Shown here in pieces: positions 7,892-11,374 of a DNA stretch of 11,374 bases (positions within the stretch are counted from its first letter, which is position 1; each line of letters starts with the position of its first letter). The position numbers and the translations under genes were made by a program. The stretch lies in NCBI GenBank assembly GCA_037381445.1, contig JARRQT010000160.1, forward strand, positions 1 to 11,374, given 5' to 3'. This stretch comes from Calditrichia bacterium (lineage in GTDB: Bacteria; Calditrichota; Calditrichia; RBG-13-44-9). The notes beneath the pieces are model-generated. The model saw only the letters and a list, made by a program, of their open reading frames with translations. It was not told the origin of the DNA and ran no database searches.

Positions 7892-8377
7892 AATTTACAG
7901 CTCCCTGTTTCAATACGGGTTTGAGTTCATCATCGAATTTTCAAGAAAAACAAGGTGGTTGTTCGGTTGCGTCATTTCAGTCTTTGTCGCAAAGCTCGAT
8001 TTCTTTAGAGTTCAGAAAACTATGAAGGAGAAGTAGAAATACAAAACTTTATTCGCATTCACCAGTTATGAAAGAGCCAAAAATTCTTAAAATATCGAAC
8101 CGTGTTTTAGCAAAAACATTCCATGAGGGAGATGCTAATTTCCGCAAGAGACCATTTTATTTATGTGCAAAGACTATTTGCAGCTTCAAAAAAGCAACAA
8201 TTGTGAAGTAAACCTCAGAAGTATCCCTACATGGTACCATGCATTTTGTAGCCAAATGGCAAACCAGGCACTAAGCCCAAATTTGACCTACGGTAAGTGC
8301 TCTCCCTCAATTCAAATATAAAAAGTAGTAAAAATTGGATGGTTGAAACAGAAATCGGCAGTTGGATAACTTCTCTG

Positions 8378-8956
8378 TCATTTTTTCCATTCGATGACAC
8401 GCGCCGGATTTCCGGCGACCTTGCAACGGGGCTGAACCTCTTTCATTACCACGCTGCCCGCAGCTACAGTACAATGTTCCCCAACAGTCGCCAGAATCAC
8501 AGCTCCTTCCCCCAGCCAGCTGTTTCGTCCGATGCTTATCCTCTCAAAATGCAATTTTGCCTCTGTAATTGATTCTTCTGCATTTTCAGTAAAATGCTGG
8601 TGCTTACCACTGGTAATACTCACCCTGCTGGCAATTAGGACATCGTCTCCCAGGGTGACAGCGCCGATAATCGAATATGCTCCTACAACCACCCTGCGTC
8701 CAATCCTGGTTGTCCGATGCGGGATCAAAACACCAAAAGAGAAATAGGCATCGTATGCACACTTTTCCAGATTGCAGTAATAATATGCCAGGCGCAATGA
8801 TTTTCCCACCTTGCCGGGAAAAAGCGCCAAAAACTGCCCCACAGCAGCAAAAAGATTTTCCCTGTCGGAAAACCATTGCTCCAATTTTGCCACTAAAATG
8901 AATGGCGACACAAATACAATGCTGATGGCGAGTACCACCTTTTTTAAGAATTCCAT
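8378..8956 (-). CDS. Hexapeptide-repeat (left-handed beta-helix) O-acyltransferase
   Basis: IGRRVVVGAYSII, LGDDVLIASRVSI, IGRNSWLGEGAVI, VAAGSVVMKEV...VAGNPARVI; 192 aa. Confidence 0.92.
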   Translation of the reverse strand: MEFLKKVVLAISIVFVSPFILVAKLEQWFSDRENLFAAVGQFLALFPGKVGKSLRLAYYYCNLEKCAYDAYFSFGVLIPHRTTRIGRRVVVGAYSIIGAVTLGDDVLIASRVSITSGKHQHFTENAEESITEAKLHFERISIGRNSWLGEGAVILATVGEHCTVAAGSVVMKEVQPRCKVAGNPARVIEWKK

Positions 8957-8990
8957 AATCGCCCTTTCTGTCTTATAGAAATTCCCTTTT

Positions 8991-10046
8991 CTATGAAGTC
9001 TCCATAACGGAGTTATCTTTTCGTCCGGGCTTTAAATGAGCAGGTTTAAAAAATTTCCTTATAAGTCCATTTAAGATTCCTGCACCCAAGCTAAAATGAA
9101 TGACAAAAAAAGCGGTCATCAATTTTAGCACAAACGAGAGAGGCTCTTTTTTGCGAAGCCGCAGGGATTCCAGCGTCAACAAAATCAAATATATAAGAAT
9201 TACACCTGGATAGAACGCGAAAAGGTAGGGATGTATTAAAAAAGAGAATGGTCCAAGCGCGATTCCGAGTGAAAACAATGCCAGAAGCAACATGTCGAAA
9301 CTCGTTGTTTTAGGGTGCTTGAACATAAACTTTGTGCGACCGGAACCATAGCGAATCATTTGCCGCCACAATCCTTTTAAATTTTCGCGGGGGAAGTATT
9401 GGACGGCGATTTTGGGTGTGAAGAAGGTTTTGAAGCCCGCCTGCTCTACACGGTAATTAAATTCGACATCCTCGCAGGCATCAAAGGCTTCGTCCACAAA
9501 CCCGATTATCTCAAATACTTCCTTCTTATAGGCGCATCCCATGCTCACCGGGCTCACAAATGCTTCTTCATCCGCATGAATAAAGGATCTGGAGCTGTGT
9601 CCCAAACGGGAAGTTCGCGCAATGGCAATGGCTCGCTGCCAGGTCGGCTGCTCCGGAATGACAAATGGCTGCGGTCTTCCCAGGCACTCTGCACCACTTT
9701 TAAGAAAAGCCTCTGCCACGTTTTTCAGAAAATCTCTGTTGTCGATTCGGCAATGCCCGTCAACCACAATAAAATATTCCCCCCGGCCATTTTGGAAACC
9801 AACATTCCGGCCCGAGCTGGACAATTCCCTCCGGTTGGTTTTCAAGATAACCTGCGGGTATTTGCGGGAGAGAGCCTCCACAATTTGGCGGGTACTATCT
9901 TCCGAACAAGCATCCGCAACAATGATCTCGAAACGGTCGGCTGGATAATCCTGCTCCAGCAATTGGCGCAGTGTTTCCTCAATGAACGCTTCCTCGTTTC
10001 TCACCGGCATGGCAACCGTGATAAATGGCCAATTCATATTCTTCAC
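8991..10046 (-). CDS. GT2 family glycosyltransferase, succinoglycan ExoA-like, with C-terminal membrane segments
   Basis: VAMPVRNEE, VADACSED, GRNVG, VDGH (DxH), EDVEFNYR, WRQMIRYG, then three hydrophobic stretches. The GTG start overlaps the upstream TGA (GTGA); alternative ATG at 10037. Confidence 0.92.
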   Translation of the reverse strand: MKNMNWPFITVAMPVRNEEAFIEETLRQLLEQDYPADRFEIIVADACSEDSTRQIVEALSRKYPQVILKTNRRELSSSGRNVGFQNGRGEYFIVVDGHCRIDNRDFLKNVAEAFLKSGAECLGRPQPFVIPEQPTWQRAIAIARTSRLGHSSRSFIHADEEAFVSPVSMGCAYKKEVFEIIGFVDEAFDACEDVEFNYRVEQAGFKTFFTPKIAVQYFPRENLKGLWRQMIRYGSGRTKFMFKHPKTTSFDMLLLALFSLGIALGPFSFLIHPYLFAFYPGVILIYLILLTLESLRLRKKEPLSFVLKLMTAFFVIHFSLGAGILNGLIRKFFKPAHLKPGRKDNSVMETS

Positions 10047-11194
10047 GAAATTTCCGTTTTTTGTTTTTGCAGATAGATGTTATAAATTCGGCACAATTCC
10101 CGGGTCTGTTGTTCGAACGAAAAACAGGTTTTTACACGATATTTGCCAAATTGTCCCATTTCTTCTCTCAAACCCTGGCTTCCAATCATTTTCTCGATGG
10201 CTTCTGCCAGTGCGGGCGGCTCAGCTTTTGGAACGATGAACCCGCTTTTACCATCCGTTACAACTTCAGGGACACCGCCAACCCTGGTGGCGATCACCGG
10301 TTTCCGAAAAGAGAATGCTTCCAAAACGGCATTTGGCAACCCTTCGGTAAGCGATGGTAAGACCAGAAAATCAATTCCGCGATAAATATCTGTCATATCG
10401 CGTCTAAAACCGGCAAACCGACAGTAATCCGTTATATCCAAGCGTTGCGCCTGTGCTTCCAATGCCGGGCGACAAGGGCCGTCGCCGCAGAAAAGGTAGT
10501 AGGTATTATTTTCCCGAAAATTTGTAAGGGCGATCGCTTCCAGCAAGTATTTGTGCCCCTTTTCGGGACTCAGGCGTCCCACACTTACCGATACCAATCC
10601 CTTTTCAGGGATATCAAATTTCCTGAAGAATCCCTGCCGCAAATCGACATTTTCGGCAGCCCCGTTTTGGGGCAAATTTACACCGTTGTGCACGACCCAA
10701 TGGTTTGGGTGATTGATGCCAAGGCTTTCGAGGCGCCTTTTTTGTCCCTCGGAAACGCTGATGATTCCATCCATTTGCCGCACAAATCGTCTTTCAAGCC
10801 ATTCGTAGAAGGCGATTTTGCGGTTTTCAGCTGTAAATCCCCGGGAATAATTCAATACCGGTATTCCGGTTTTCCGCGCGGCCAGCCATCCCAGAACCAC
10901 CGATTTGTAATGGTGGGCGCAAAGCAAATCAATCTCTTCCCGGCGAACAATTCGAATCAACTCAAACAGCGCACGGAAATCCATCGGGCCGGACATGGGA
11001 ATGCCATAGCTCTTGATTCCGGCTTCTTGCGCACGTCCTAGAATTTCGTTGTGGTGATTGCCCTCCAGGAATGTACCCAAAATCCCTGTGTAGGAAAGGT
11101 GTTTTTTCAGCAATTTCAAATGTTCAACAATTTGTTTCTCTGGACCGCCATAAAAATTGGTCGCTATGAGATGCATTATTTTCCTGGCCTTCAT
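10043..11194 (-). CDS. GT4 family glycosyltransferase (GT-B fold)
   Basis: Preferred start is ATG 11194 (GAAGGGA RBS, just after the upstream stop at 11202; 383 aa). Motifs YGGPEKQ, VVHNGV, VGRLSPEKG, GDGP, EGLPNAVLE (EX7E), TRVGGVPEVV. Confidence 0.95.
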   Translation of the reverse strand: MKARKIMHLIATNFYGGPEKQIVEHLKLLKKHLSYTGILGTFLEGNHHNEILGRAQEAGIKSYGIPMSGPMDFRALFELIRIVRREEIDLLCAHHYKSVVLGWLAARKTGIPVLNYSRGFTAENRKIAFYEWLERRFVRQMDGIISVSEGQKRRLESLGINHPNHWVVHNGVNLPQNGAAENVDLRQGFFRKFDIPEKGLVSVSVGRLSPEKGHKYLLEAIALTNFRENNTYYLFCGDGPCRPALEAQAQRLDITDYCRFAGFRRDMTDIYRGIDFLVLPSLTEGLPNAVLEAFSFRKPVIATRVGGVPEVVTDGKSGFIVPKAEPPALAEAIEKMIGSQGLREEMGQFGKYRVKTCFSFEQQTRELCRIYNIYLQKQKTEIS

Positions 11195-11201
11195 ATTCCC
11201 T

Positions 11202-11372
11202 TCACCGTGGTGTTCTGGCCCAAATCGTCTGTACATTTCCAATCAAACCATTTCTAGAGACCATAACTAGCTTAATTACCATTGCAGGGGCCTGAAGCAA
11301 CAGTCTGAAGCGCGGCATGTTCAACCCCAATTTAAGAATTCCCATTAACAGATAAAAAAGCTGTAAAAATAA
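11202..11372 (-). CDS. C-terminal end of a gene entering from the right edge, probably a membrane-associated GT2 glycosyltransferase
   Basis: Not in the ORF track. Open frame LFLQLFYLLMGILKLGLNMPRFRLLLQAPAMVIKLVMVSRNGLIGNVQTIWARTPR* with TGA at 11204-11202. Hydrophobic helices followed by a WxRTxR end are typical of membrane GT2 proteins. It stops 7 nt before the next ATG. Confidence 0.7.
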   Translation of the reverse strand, partial: LFLQLFYLLMGILKLGLNMPRFRLLLQAPAMVIKLVMVSRNGLIGNVQTIWARTPR

Positions 11373-11374
11373 AA

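Noticed and set aside
8258..8300. GGCAAACC resembling the start of a c-di-GMP-I riboswitch
   Set aside because: No GNRA-capped stem or GGGACGCAAA segment follows, and it is on the strand opposite the genes.
9399..11041. Long plus-strand ORFs 9399..10076 and 10445..11041, and the other short plus-strand ORFs
   Set aside because: They overlap well-supported minus-strand genes and have no recognisable motifs.

Overview
Bacterial window with every real gene on the minus strand. Right to left it reads as a surface-polysaccharide (EPS/capsule) locus: the C-terminus of a membrane GT2 glycosyltransferase, GT4, an ExoA-like GT2, a hexapeptide-repeat acyltransferase, GT4, a PaaK/CapK-like adenylate-forming ligase, two paralogous exported SGNH-like putative esterases and a CE4 polysaccharide deacetylase. 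One SGNH-like gene is intact with an NYPNPFNP-type C-terminal sorting domain; the other is split by an apparent frameshifting internal deletion. The locus is followed by a large secreted adhesin-like gene (beta-helix, putative Ig domain, tandem 93-94 aa Big_9/cadherin-like repeats), which is also broken by a frameshifting deletion near 670. The sorting domain plus strong Shine-Dalgarno sites suggest a non-Bacteroidota FCB-type lineage such as Calditrichota or KSB1 (inference). Most notable are the possible acylation/de-acylation module, the two deletion junctions (real or assembly artefacts) and a 194-bp segment bounded by perfect 12-bp inverted repeats.
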